Shown: piece by piece, positions 8,916 to 18,478 of the stretch
How the letters are laid out: each line of letters begins with the position of its first letter
How positions within the stretch are numbered: position 1 is the stretch's first letter
IMG/VR virus record: IMGVR_UViG_3300027782_000116
Location: 1 to 52,208 of that record
Length of the DNA stretch: 52,208 bases
Source: a virus
Taxonomy: Duplodnaviria > Caudoviricetes
Reading direction: 5' to 3' (one strand)
The notes under the pieces: model-generated
Told to the model about the DNA's origin: nothing
Database searches by the model: none
What the model saw: only the letters and a program-made list of their open reading frames with translations
Program-made: the position numbers and the translations under genes

Positions 8916-9983
8916 CTATAGATACTCCATTTTATTAATTAATTTCTTAATTCTGTTTATTACCGATTCATTTACAAACATTTCTTCATCTTCTTCGCCC
9001 GGATTTTCTGATGGTGTTTGTTTTTTTGGTATCTCTTTTAATCCAGCATTTGGTTTAGCTGAATTAGCGCTTTGAAATTTTTGAACGTCTACGTTCTTTT
9101 GGTTAACAGCTGCTTGAGCTAATTGATCTACAAGCCCATCAACTTTTTTTGTTAAATCAGTTTTCTGTGTTGTTAATTCTCTAGCAATATCAACATACTT
9201 TTGATAATCAGGAGTTCCTTTGGCTTTTAACAAATTTTCTTTATTACTATCTATTTGTTTTTGAACATCACTAAGATCATTTTGTGCTGTACTAATTTCC
9301 TGGTCAAATGCTCTAGTTTTACTGGTTATTTTTTGTGTTGCCGCTTTATTAAGATCAACAGTCTTAGCTGGTTTAGCTTTTACTGTTGGTGCTGCTGCTG
9401 TTGGCGCTGCTGCTGTTGGTTCCGTACTAACTTCTGGCTCTTGCGGTTCAGGTGTTGGCTTGGCTTGTGGTTTTGGTATTGGTGTTGTTTCTGGCTTTGG
9501 TGATTCTGGTTTAGTAATTTCTGGTTCCTCTGGACCTATGTTTGTTTTTATTTTAACATAGGTTCTCGTCATCGATTTATCTGTTTTTTCATTACTGAAT
9601 TTAGCTCTAACAGTCGGATCAAATGGCTCATTTTTTAATAATGTTACTGCCGACATTCTGCTTACACGAAATGTTCTCCAACCATAATTTGATTTTTTTA
9701 ACCCAACATCAGAAGGCGTTCCTCTTTTAGATTGTGATGGACTATCAATATATGCTCGTACAATCAAATAACCGTTTTTATTTAAACCAATAGCAACTGG
9801 TTCAGCTTTAATTCTATAACCAGGTTTAACACTTTTATTTTTTGGTCTTTTGGGCCCAGTATAATAAAATGTTATTCTATTTTTCTTTCTAATCGCATCA
9901 ACAATTGGCGCGGCTTGTGTTGTTCTTAGCGCGGGTATGTTTGCTTCTTCAATTACCTCATTAAATAAATTATCTAAATTCAT
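8916..9983 (-). CDS. WYL-domain protein with Pro/Glu/Thr/Ala linker and coiled-coil C-terminus
   Basis: AIRKKNRITFYY...R.KAEPVAIG....YLIVRAY...WRTFRVSRM = WYL signature; likely start is the ATG at 9983 (MNLDNLFNEVIEE), just after the upstream stop. Confidence 0.8.
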   Translation of the reverse strand: MNLDNLFNEVIEEANIPALRTTQAAPIVDAIRKKNRITFYYTGPKRPKNKSVKPGYRIKAEPVAIGLNKNGYLIVRAYIDSPSQSKRGTPSDVGLKKSNYGWRTFRVSRMSAVTLLKNEPFDPTVRAKFSNEKTDKSMTRTYVKIKTNIGPEEPEITKPESPKPETTPIPKPQAKPTPEPQEPEVSTEPTAAAPTAAAPTVKAKPAKTVDLNKAATQKITSKTRAFDQEISTAQNDLSDVQKQIDSNKENLLKAKGTPDYQKYVDIARELTTQKTDLTKKVDGLVDQLAQAAVNQKNVDVQKFQSANSAKPNAGLKEIPKKQTPSENPGEEDEEMFVNESVINRIKKLINKMEYL

Positions 9984-9984
9984 A

Positions 9985-10644
9985 TTAAAAATCTGGGTAA
10001 CCTTTGGAACTATTATACTTATTTGATGCCACAACAGCAGTCCTTGTGTTAATATCAGTTAATGAACCAATCTGTCCATTATTTTCTCCTTTACCGAATT
10101 CATCACCATCAGATAACGCGTCTTTGTTTGTTGAAGAATAACCATTAGTGTTACCATAACGATTTCTAGAAATACTATCTGTTCTAACATTAATATCAGT
10201 CAATGAACCAATTTTACCATTATTCTCGCCTTTACCAAATTCATCACCATCAGATAAAGCATCTTTGTTTGTTGAAGAATATTTGTTATTATCTGTGTAT
10301 CTATTTCTAGACATTGTTTCAGTGCGGATTTTTATGTCAGTCGATGATCCAACATTACCATTGTTATCACCCTTACCTTTTTCATCTCCGTCAGATATTG
10401 CATTTTTATTTGTTATACCATATCCATTTTGATCGTTATATTCGTTTCTTCCTAAATTAGCAATTCTATTTTGTATATCAATAGAAGAGCCGATACTACC
10501 CGCTAATTCACCTTTACCTTTTTCGTCTCCGTCAGATAATGCGTTTCTATTTGTTGAATCATATCCGTTGTTTGTTGCATATGAATTTCTAGCCAAGGCT
10601 TCTTGTCTTTGTTTATCAGCAATAATTTCTAATTGTGTTGCCAT
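9985..10644 (-). CDS. Tandem 47-aa repeat protein (4+ units)
   Basis: Unit RNxYxxxNxYxxTNKxALSDGDExGKGxxNGxIGSxTDIxxRxxxxx repeated four times, plus a partial unit. Confidence 0.85.
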   Translation of the reverse strand: MATQLEIIADKQRQEALARNSYATNNGYDSTNRNALSDGDEKGKGELAGSIGSSIDIQNRIANLGRNEYNDQNGYGITNKNAISDGDEKGKGDNNGNVGSSTDIKIRTETMSRNRYTDNNKYSSTNKDALSDGDEFGKGENNGKIGSLTDINVRTDSISRNRYGNTNGYSSTNKDALSDGDEFGKGENNGQIGSLTDINTRTAVVASNKYNSSKGYPDF

Positions 10645-10645
10645 A

Positions 10646-11143
10646 TTAATAATTTATAATTTGTTTCATTCTTTTAATTTCTTCAGATAAACTTACTGGA
10701 GAAATTCCAGAAACTGAAGTTCTTTCTGAGTTATGTTTCATTAAATTTGTTGGTGTTCTGTTAGTTTCTTTTTTACTATGTGTTTTTTTAAACGCATTAT
10801 TTCTAACACCACTTAAGCCAGTATTATTATTAATGTTCATGCTAGCTTCTTTTTTACTTTTAACTTGTGACCTTTCACTATTTAAAAAAGTATTTGCCCA
10901 TTTTTCCATCAAATGTCCGCCATACAAATTATAGGTAACTTTATCTGTGACTTTATCCATTGTTTTTAAATCATGAATAATTCTTTTTAATTGACCGTAT
11001 GTTACTTTTTTTTGATTAATTAATGTTTGTGCTCTTTTAACTCCATGAGTATTCTTATCCTGTAAACCAGAAATAGTGTGATTAATTAAATTAATCACAT
11101 CTTGTGGAACATCATATACTCTATCTTTTAATTCTTGGTTCAC
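10646..11143 (-). CDS. Hypothetical basic protein, probable internal head protein
   Basis: 165 aa; ends LSEEIKRMKQIINY, a motif shared with other late proteins. Confidence 0.7.
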   Translation of the reverse strand: MNQELKDRVYDVPQDVINLINHTISGLQDKNTHGVKRAQTLINQKKVTYGQLKRIIHDLKTMDKVTDKVTYNLYGGHLMEKWANTFLNSERSQVKSKKEASMNINNNTGLSGVRNNAFKKTHSKKETNRTPTNLMKHNSERTSVSGISPVSLSEEIKRMKQIINY

Positions 11144-11880
11144 TTTTTAAGTTTATTTATCACTTTAGCCAACGGTATGTTATTTTTTTCTATTGTCTTT
11201 AATAATGAATCAATTTGTTTTTGAACTATTGGATTAAGTGGTTCCTCGTCAGTATTGTCAATAAGATCTGAATCATATGTTTTTTTACTCAAAACAGTTT
11301 CAATATAGTCTTCCATATATTTCTTTGGGTTCTCTACCAATCTAACTAATTCATTTTGTCCTGGGATATATCCCATATCTTCTAGTCTTTTAACCGCCTC
11401 TTCGTGTGATAGACCTAAAGTCTTTGTGAAGTGATGTAATGCTTGCTTATAAGATTCGTCGTCACCTAGTGTGTCATCATAACCTAGCGCTTTACTCATA
11501 TCTGATTCACCCCAATATCTCAAGTTTGTCCTAGCGGTACCAAATAACCCATTTCTACCTTGTGCACCATATGATGTTTGAACCACTTGATCCGTTGTAC
11601 TTTTAGATGTTTCAAATTCTTTATTAACATCTAGAGGTATATTACTTCTTTGTATGTTACCATGATCATCAACGATCTCCTCCATATCTTGCACATCTTT
11701 ATCAACTGCATCAGGTAATTTCTTAAAATTAGTTTTATCTGAAAACTCTCCAGCCATCTTACTCCACTTCTCACGTTCTTTTTTACTTAAAGTCTTGTCA
11801 TTAGCTTTCGCGTAAAAGTATCTTTGTTGCTTTTTAGACGCGAATTTCTCCTCAATGACCTGTTTTAAAAAATCGTTCAT
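11140..11880 (-). CDS. Hypothetical protein, probable internal head protein
   Basis: Start moved to ATG 11880 (MNDFLKQVIEEKFASKKQQRYFYA), downstream of TATTTATA at 11896-11903. Confidence 0.7.
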   Translation of the reverse strand: MNDFLKQVIEEKFASKKQQRYFYAKANDKTLSKKEREKWSKMAGEFSDKTNFKKLPDAVDKDVQDMEEIVDDHGNIQRSNIPLDVNKEFETSKSTTDQVVQTSYGAQGRNGLFGTARTNLRYWGESDMSKALGYDDTLGDDESYKQALHHFTKTLGLSHEEAVKRLEDMGYIPGQNELVRLVENPKKYMEDYIETVLSKKTYDSDLIDNTDEEPLNPIVQKQIDSLLKTIEKNNIPLAKVINKLKK

Positions 11881-11933
11881 TATATTTTCTTTTATTATAA
11901 ATATCAAACCCTATGAAAGATATTTATGTAAAT

Positions 11934-14900
11934 ATGAATAATCAGAACATTTTAAAGTATTACGGAACCAAGTTGGATCTAAAATTGGACAGTTCCGAGT
12001 ATTATGACCATGAAATCGTTAAAAATGCTGGCGACTACAATGAAGATGTCCTAGATTTAACCAAAGAAATATCCTATACCGGCTTAACTATCAATACAAG
12101 TTTAAATAGTTTTATCTGTATTAAGACCACAGTTAAACTTATTGAGATCGATAATACCGCTAATGATCCAGATTACATCTACTCTGGATTAACGTTTACA
12201 TTAAACTATTCTAATTTTGTAGCTAATTTTGATACTACTGGTGTGACATATAATAATATTATATTAAACAATCATATATACACATATACAGGAATTACTG
12301 ACGAAGTGCATTATTTTAAAAAATTAACTTACAATTTATCACCTTCAATTGATAATAGAATAACTGGAAAAACAGAAACGGATATTATTGGTGAGTTCTC
12401 AAAAGTCATAATAGATTGTGTTGATAAGCTGGAAGATTCCGAATTATGTTGCCCGAAACAAGTTAAATTGGGTGCAAAACCTTGGGCATATGATTTTAAT
12501 ACAGGATCTGGACTAGACAATTGTGACGCACAAATTAAAAGAAGAACAAGCGCGGGGTGGACATTGGATTTTGTTTTAAATAGACAAGATCTTGATTGGG
12601 TTGATGGCGGGATATTTTATTATATTGGTGTTAGAGGCGATAACGATATAAAAAATTATGCGGATAATAATCTTTCTTTTGGTTTTACTCCTGATGGTAG
12701 GGTTAAATGGACGGCGATACATTATTCTGGAGTCTGCCAATCTGGGTATACTGAAACATATTATACTGCCAGTGGTGAAACGCCTACGATTTGTATGGAT
12801 GATCCAACAAAAGATTTTAATTTAACAATAGTTTTTGAAAGAAACAACTACTATGATGGTTGTGATATTGAAAATAGTGGTGGATGGAATGATTTAATAA
12901 GAGGTCCGCACGCTGTTGATGGGGAGCCGAATTTTGTGTCAAGTGTTACAGGGAGCTCGGTTGCTGATCAAGTAACCGTAGGTTATACCGTAACAAATGG
13001 AATGAAGGTGGTATTATCTGGTGAGACACCCACATATGAATACATTGAAGAATTAAATAAAAACTGGGCAGATGAGAGAAATAGAAGATTAGGCACATTA
13101 AAAATATACTTGAATGGTAGACCTATATATAAGTTAAAGAATTGGGAAGAGGTTATTCCATCTACTAGAGGTGTTCAACCATTTATTCAATCTTGGGGCG
13201 GTGGAACTGGGTTAATGGGTAATGTACATAATGGTGTTTGTTGTTTTAATGTTAAAAAAATTCAATATTATGAAGAACCATTGGATTTTGTGCATGTAAG
13301 ACATCACTACTTAACATCAATAAAACCAAATTTTAATATTAAAGAGTGTGGTGTTTTATGTGATAACGTTCCAAGTGGATTTGTTAAACCAACACCAACA
13401 CCTACAAATACACCGATTACAACAGCGACTGCTGTGCCAACTCCTACACCAACCAATACCGTAACACCTACACCAACTCAAACTGAGACACCAACACCTA
13501 CAAATACACCGATTACAACAGCGACTGCTGTGCCAACTCCTACACCAACCAATACCGTAACACCTACACCAACTCAAACTGAGACACCAACACCCACATC
13601 CACAGTAACCTATTACTATTATTATTTAAGGGATTGTAACCATACACATAATAAAATAGGCAGAAGTTTAACAAGTGGATTAGGTGGAATAACTTATAGT
13701 GTTGGTAATGGTGTATGTTATGAAATTGTGGGTATTGATCCAGGTCCAACATTTGATTATGATTTAGATACAATAACAATAGTTTCTGATTGTAATAATG
13801 CTGTGTGTTTAACCCCAACACCGACACCAACTAGTACTCCTATTGCTACGAGCACACCAACACCTACACCAACTATTACTTTATCACCATACAATTATAC
13901 TATCCAATGTAGGTCGATAGATGGTTCCAATAATAAATATGGTTGGTCAATTCAACAAGATGCGTGTCAAGGAAGTGAAAATAATATTATAGTTTATTCT
14001 AATTCATCAACATTTGTTGATGGTATGAATTTTTATTCAGACACCAACGGAGGTAATATTAATAATATTGTTGCTTGGACTGAATACTATTATTATTATC
14101 CTTTAGAAAATAAATCATTTAGATGGTTAGATGGTGGTACTATTGGTGAAATATTAATTTGTGTGTCTCCTACGGAAACACCGACACCAACTCCTACATC
14201 AACGGAGACAAGTACTCCATTATCAACTGAAACACCTACCCCGACACCAACTCCATTTATACCAGATAATGACTTTACATACGTAATCATACCAGGTAAT
14301 GACTTGGTTTATATGATTATTCCTAATAATGATTTTACATATAGATTAATACCAAGTAATGATTTAAATGGCACAATAATACCTAGCAGTGATTTAGAGT
14401 ATTTGGTTCTACCGTTAAACGATGTTAATTACACATTAATACCAAATACTGATTTAACATACACATTAATACCAAATAATGATTTAAATTATTCATTATT
14501 ACAACCAACACCTAACCCTACTTCAACACCATCACCTACATCAACAGAAACTCCTACACCCACACCTACATCAGATTTCGGTAGTTCAGGATTTCAATGG
14601 ATGACTATTAACTCAGTTACCGATACAACTGCATCGGGTATAGGCCAAAACAACATTACTCTTTCAGTTACGCAAAGTGGAGGTGGTATGGCAATAACTC
14701 AAGGAGTTTTCAACCCAACTGCATTCCCTGAACAGTACGGTGTACCATTTACAGGTAATCAAATTGCAAATTATAATAGTGGTACATTTACTGCAATATT
14801 TAGTCAACCGGTTACCGATGCGTTAGTTGCATTTGCAAGTATTGGACATGGAGGTTTATATGTACCAATTGAAGTGTCTGCACCGTTTACACCAATTTTT

Positions 14901-15578
14901 GGGGCCTCTGTATCTTATCAAAATCCGGTAAATGGTACTCAATATATGCAACTTACGGGAAATGAAGGATATTCAATTATTCGTATAGATGGTACAGTAA
15001 CTGGTGTAACTTTTAACTATACCGTACCTGAGGGTTACTGCAATGTTTGTTTTGGATTTGTAGATCAAAACAATCTAACAACCCCAACTCCCACACCAAC
15101 GGCAACAAGTACACAAACACCGACTCCAACTCCTACACCAACTGAAACACCAACCCCAACACCTACGGAGACACCTCAATTATACTTAAATTGTTATACA
15201 ATAAGACAATATTTGTCTGGTTATGATGGTGGTGGAAATACCGGTTTATATGTTTTGGAATCAGACTATCCTAATGTGAGCACAATTCCTAGTGGTGCAA
15301 TTGCCACAATTAACGGCACACCCGTTAGTGTGGTATATGTTTTCCAACAAAATTCCGCATATTTCCAAGGAGGTATTGGTTATATGATTGATTTCGGACA
15401 TAATGTGGGAATAATAAACGCAGGTACTTATATTGAGTTTTGTTGGTATAGTAATATTTCACCAACTCCTACGGTTACACCAACACCAAGTCCAACGCCG
15501 GATGCGTTTGGAATAATAACAGAAGATGGTATTTATATAATATCAGATGAAAATGGAAATACACTAATACCTGAATAA
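11934..15578 (+). CDS. Modular fibre/adhesin-like structural protein with Pro-Thr linkers
   Basis: Beta-rich N-terminal domain (LamG/lectin-like GTLKIYLNGRP), several (TP)n linkers separating small modules; likely start 11934 after TATTTATG. Confidence 0.7.
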   Translation: MNNQNILKYYGTKLDLKLDSSEYYDHEIVKNAGDYNEDVLDLTKEISYTGLTINTSLNSFICIKTTVKLIEIDNTANDPDYIYSGLTFTLNYSNFVANFDTTGVTYNNIILNNHIYTYTGITDEVHYFKKLTYNLSPSIDNRITGKTETDIIGEFSKVIIDCVDKLEDSELCCPKQVKLGAKPWAYDFNTGSGLDNCDAQIKRRTSAGWTLDFVLNRQDLDWVDGGIFYYIGVRGDNDIKNYADNNLSFGFTPDGRVKWTAIHYSGVCQSGYTETYYTASGETPTICMDDPTKDFNLTIVFERNNYYDGCDIENSGGWNDLIRGPHAVDGEPNFVSSVTGSSVADQVTVGYTVTNGMKVVLSGETPTYEYIEELNKNWADERNRRLGTLKIYLNGRPIYKLKNWEEVIPSTRGVQPFIQSWGGGTGLMGNVHNGVCCFNVKKIQYYEEPLDFVHVRHHYLTSIKPNFNIKECGVLCDNVPSGFVKPTPTPTNTPITTATAVPTPTPTNTVTPTPTQTETPTPTNTPITTATAVPTPTPTNTVTPTPTQTETPTPTSTVTYYYYYLRDCNHTHNKIGRSLTSGLGGITYSVGNGVCYEIVGIDPGPTFDYDLDTITIVSDCNNAVCLTPTPTPTSTPIATSTPTPTPTITLSPYNYTIQCRSIDGSNNKYGWSIQQDACQGSENNIIVYSNSSTFVDGMNFYSDTNGGNINNIVAWTEYYYYYPLENKSFRWLDGGTIGEILICVSPTETPTPTPTSTETSTPLSTETPTPTPTPFIPDNDFTYVIIPGNDLVYMIIPNNDFTYRLIPSNDLNGTIIPSSDLEYLVLPLNDVNYTLIPNTDLTYTLIPNNDLNYSLLQPTPNPTSTPSPTSTETPTPTPTSDFGSSGFQWMTINSVTDTTASGIGQNNITLSVTQSGGGMAITQGVFNPTAFPEQYGVPFTGNQIANYNSGTFTAIFSQPVTDALVAFASIGHGGLYVPIEVSAPFTPIFGASVSYQNPVNGTQYMQLTGNEGYSIIRIDGTVTGVTFNYTVPEGYCNVCFGFVDQNNLTTPTPTPTATSTQTPTPTPTPTETPTPTPTETPQLYLNCYTIRQYLSGYDGGGNTGLYVLESDYPNVSTIPSGAIATINGTPVSVVYVFQQNSAYFQGGIGYMIDFGHNVGIINAGTYIEFCWYSNISPTPTVTPTPSPTPDAFGIITEDGIYIISDENGNTLIPE
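13392..13583 (+). repeat. Perfect 96-bp tandem duplication (32 aa PT linker)
   Basis: 13392-13487 is identical to 13488-13583 (TPTPTNTPITTATAVPTPTPTNTVTPTPTQTE x2). Confidence 0.9.
14259..14501 (+). repeat. 30-bp/10-aa tandem repeat (IPxNDLxYxL) x8
   Basis: IPDNDFTYVI IPGNDLVYMI IPNNDFTYRL IPSNDLNGTI IPSSDLEYLV LPLNDVNYTL IPNTDLTYTL IPNNDLNYSL. Confidence 0.9.
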
Positions 15579-15604
15579 AAAAATTATAAAAAAAAGAAGT
15601 TAAA

Positions 15605-16300
15605 ATGGCACTAATAAAAGTTTCAGAATTAAGTAGTACGGGTTCCGTAAAAATTGATGATATATTAATGATATCCTCAACCAGTGGTAGTGGGTACACA
15701 TCAAATCGCATATCAATTGAAGATTTGGTATCAAGTCAACCATTTCTTGATTTAGGTTCTTCAGGAACTGCCGGTTCATCGGGAACATCGGGGTCTAATG
15801 GTTCTTCGGGTTCGTCAGGTTCAAGTGGATCTAATGGTTCTTCGGGTTCGTCAGGTAGTAATGGATTAAGTGGAACATCAGGTTCTAGTGGTACATCAGG
15901 AAGTTCAGGAACAAGCCCTACAAATGTCACATTAAAAACAACGGGGTCTTGGACAGTACCGGCAGGTGCATCAACACAAAGTTTTACAGTTGAGTCCAGT
16001 GCTTCATATACAATGTGGGTAAATGGTAATATTCCAAATGGTATTTTAACTTGGAACGCAACTGTAACAACATCAAATACAAATGTTCCGGCAGTTGGTT
16101 CTCAATATGGTTGGTATTACACACCGGGTAATGCATTAGTTTTAACTGCAATGCCTGACCAAATTATAGGAACAAATGGTAGTATTGCAAATACACCAAC
16201 ATCATACGCACCAAATACTTCAAATGTATTTTCGTTTGGTATAACAAATAATAGTGGGGCTTCACAAACAATTAATTACGGTTATATAAAATTATCATAA
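15605..16300 (+). CDS. Short collagen-like (Gly-Ser-Ser/Gly-Thr-Ser) fibre protein
   Basis: N-terminal KVSEL fibre-type motif, about 18 Gly-X-Y triplets of GSS/GTS/GSN, C-terminal beta-sandwich head. Confidence 0.75.
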   Translation: MALIKVSELSSTGSVKIDDILMISSTSGSGYTSNRISIEDLVSSQPFLDLGSSGTAGSSGTSGSNGSSGSSGSSGSNGSSGSSGSNGLSGTSGSSGTSGSSGTSPTNVTLKTTGSWTVPAGASTQSFTVESSASYTMWVNGNIPNGILTWNATVTTSNTNVPAVGSQYGWYYTPGNALVLTAMPDQIIGTNGSIANTPTSYAPNTSNVFSFGITNNSGASQTINYGYIKLS

Positions 16301-16358
16301 TAATAAAACAAAATAGACAGAAAATAAAGTATTTATAATAGACAAAAATTAACAAACC

Positions 16359-18458
16359 ATGGCAGTAGGAGCAAGAATAACAAGTAACAATCTAAGTGGT
16401 AAAACGGCAACAGTAACGTTTACCCCATATACAGGACTAACATCTGGAACCACGGAAAACCTTGGAACCAAAACAATCCCTTTCAATAACATCAACACAC
16501 ACCCGTATGGTGACTATAACATTTACTTTGCTGAGTATGATTACACATACACATTAAATGTACCTGAACCAGATGACTCTGTTCAATCGTTTGTTTATCA
16601 AAATAGAATAATTAATTCTGACAACTATGGTGCTGCGTTTTTGAATTTTAACGACTTTACCGCAGAAATTATTGACTTAGGTGTTGATACTAATGTATGG
16701 AATAATAGAGATATATACGTATTAAATAATTCAGGTTATATGCACTATTTCACAGGTGTTGACGATAGTGATGATAGATTAGTAATATTCACAGACGCAC
16801 AGCACGAAGAAATAGGAAGATATAGTGGTACAACTGGTAGTGCAAGTAGAGACGATTTAGACGGTAAATGGCTTACATTTGATGATGAAGATAATGGTGT
16901 GTTTACTTACTCAAATGGTGTGGAAGTATTCACATACACTTGGGACCCAGCGTTATATTATGTTGATATTGAGTGGGATTATGATGCAACCACGGCTGAT
17001 GGTACAATGATTCTTGAAAAATGGGAAATAGGTGATTGGACATACAATGGACCGGGTACATCACATCTAGTTAACCCAACTGACGGTACAACAACTTTAT
17101 TTAAAACTTGGACAGATGGAACATACGTTAGACATAAAATGACACCTTCATCTGATTTTATTGTTGTTTTAACTGAAGCTCAAGGTGTCTCAAACGCATA
17201 CTCAAATTTTGAAATATATGACACAAGTGGAACCATTTTAGAGACAGTTTCATTAACTGGTACCACATATAGTGATTATAGTGACCGATTTCACGGAACA
17301 AACAAATATACCATATTACTATGGGATGATGATAATGTAGATACCCCATATAAAATAATAAGTTATAATGGTAACACATCAAACTTAATTGAAACATCAC
17401 ACGCTAGAGGTACTGGATATACAGAAAACAATATAGATGGAGATTCTGGTTTATGGCCGGATAGTGAGGGAAATGATGGTGGTGTTGTAATAACTTTATA
17501 TGATTCGTATAATTGGAATAATTTTGGTAATGAGGTTACATACTGTGACATTATCTATATGTTCAATAATCAAACATCTTTTAGTACATATACATTTGCA
17601 AATAACGAACCAAAAACAATTAATACCTATGGTCAATTAAGTGACATTTACAGAACACCGTGTGTAAATGGTGATAATATTGTATCTATGTTAACCATTA
17701 TGTCGGGTAGTACTCGTATAGAAAGTATGAATGTTAGTGTATCTGGTGTTACTAATTTGAACTGGCATTCATTGGGTAATAGAACGGCTGTACAGATTTT
17801 TACAAATAGTAATAACAATGTAACTTACAAATTAATTAACGAATTAGGTGTTGTAATTGATTCATTAGATAACTATGAATTAATCTCAGCTTATAGTACA
17901 AGTATGTATTCTTTTGGTGAAACCGCCTATCTTACAATTATTGGGGTTTCTGCGGGCATTCTTGGTTATTATGTATATAGTGGTAGTACTGGATTTACTC
18001 AAACAGATTATTATAATAACTCATCTGATACAGGCTTTTATTCGTCACCTACGAGTAACTATGATGGTGCAATCGTTTTATATAATAATGATGAATTAGG
18101 TTTTAGAATATTAACACCAACCGGTATAACTAATGAATTTAATTTCCCTGAGTATAATCAATTTGACATTCGAGTTGGTGAGAGCAAATTTATGTTTGTT
18201 TACAATGAAACTTCAGGTGGTGTAACTAAAATAAGATTGTATGATTTTTCTGGAACATTGTTAAATAATGAAACAACAAGTTGGACTAATGGTTGGAGTG
18301 ATACGTATGGTGTTAAAGACAGATTTGTTGTAATTAACTATAATGGGGATGATACGGTTGAAGTTTATTTAGTTAGTGAAAACACTATAACATCAGTAAC
18401 AACTCAAGATTATAGTAGTGAAGAATCCACGAACGATTGGTTTTATGAAAATGACTAA
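16359..18458 (+). CDS. Beta-rich structural/receptor-binding-like protein (possible beta-propeller)
   Basis: 699 aa rich in Thr/Asn/Asp/Tyr, own TATTTATA motif, recurring YD.SG.LL.T-type blades. Confidence 0.6.
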   Translation: MAVGARITSNNLSGKTATVTFTPYTGLTSGTTENLGTKTIPFNNINTHPYGDYNIYFAEYDYTYTLNVPEPDDSVQSFVYQNRIINSDNYGAAFLNFNDFTAEIIDLGVDTNVWNNRDIYVLNNSGYMHYFTGVDDSDDRLVIFTDAQHEEIGRYSGTTGSASRDDLDGKWLTFDDEDNGVFTYSNGVEVFTYTWDPALYYVDIEWDYDATTADGTMILEKWEIGDWTYNGPGTSHLVNPTDGTTTLFKTWTDGTYVRHKMTPSSDFIVVLTEAQGVSNAYSNFEIYDTSGTILETVSLTGTTYSDYSDRFHGTNKYTILLWDDDNVDTPYKIISYNGNTSNLIETSHARGTGYTENNIDGDSGLWPDSEGNDGGVVITLYDSYNWNNFGNEVTYCDIIYMFNNQTSFSTYTFANNEPKTINTYGQLSDIYRTPCVNGDNIVSMLTIMSGSTRIESMNVSVSGVTNLNWHSLGNRTAVQIFTNSNNNVTYKLINELGVVIDSLDNYELISAYSTSMYSFGETAYLTIIGVSAGILGYYVYSGSTGFTQTDYYNNSSDTGFYSSPTSNYDGAIVLYNNDELGFRILTPTGITNEFNFPEYNQFDIRVGESKFMFVYNETSGGVTKIRLYDFSGTLLNNETTSWTNGWSDTYGVKDRFVVINYNGDDTVEVYLVSENTITSVTTQDYSSEESTNDWFYEND

Positions 18459-18478
18459 AAATTAAAAAAAAATAGATT

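Noticed and set aside
9985-10644. 141-bp periodic DNA repeats as a possible CRISPR array
   Set aside because: Repeats are in-frame, vary at synonymous positions and lack unique spacers; no cas genes in the window
13356-15930. Cys/Trp/Arg-rich, Val-Gly and Pro-Glu-Asp repeat ORFs on the minus strand
   Set aside because: Reverse-frame translations of the PT linkers and GSS repeats
11934-18458. Diversity-generating retroelement acting on fibre genes
   Set aside because: No reverse transcriptase and no TR/VR pair differing at adenines was seen; the 96-bp duplication is exact and adjacent
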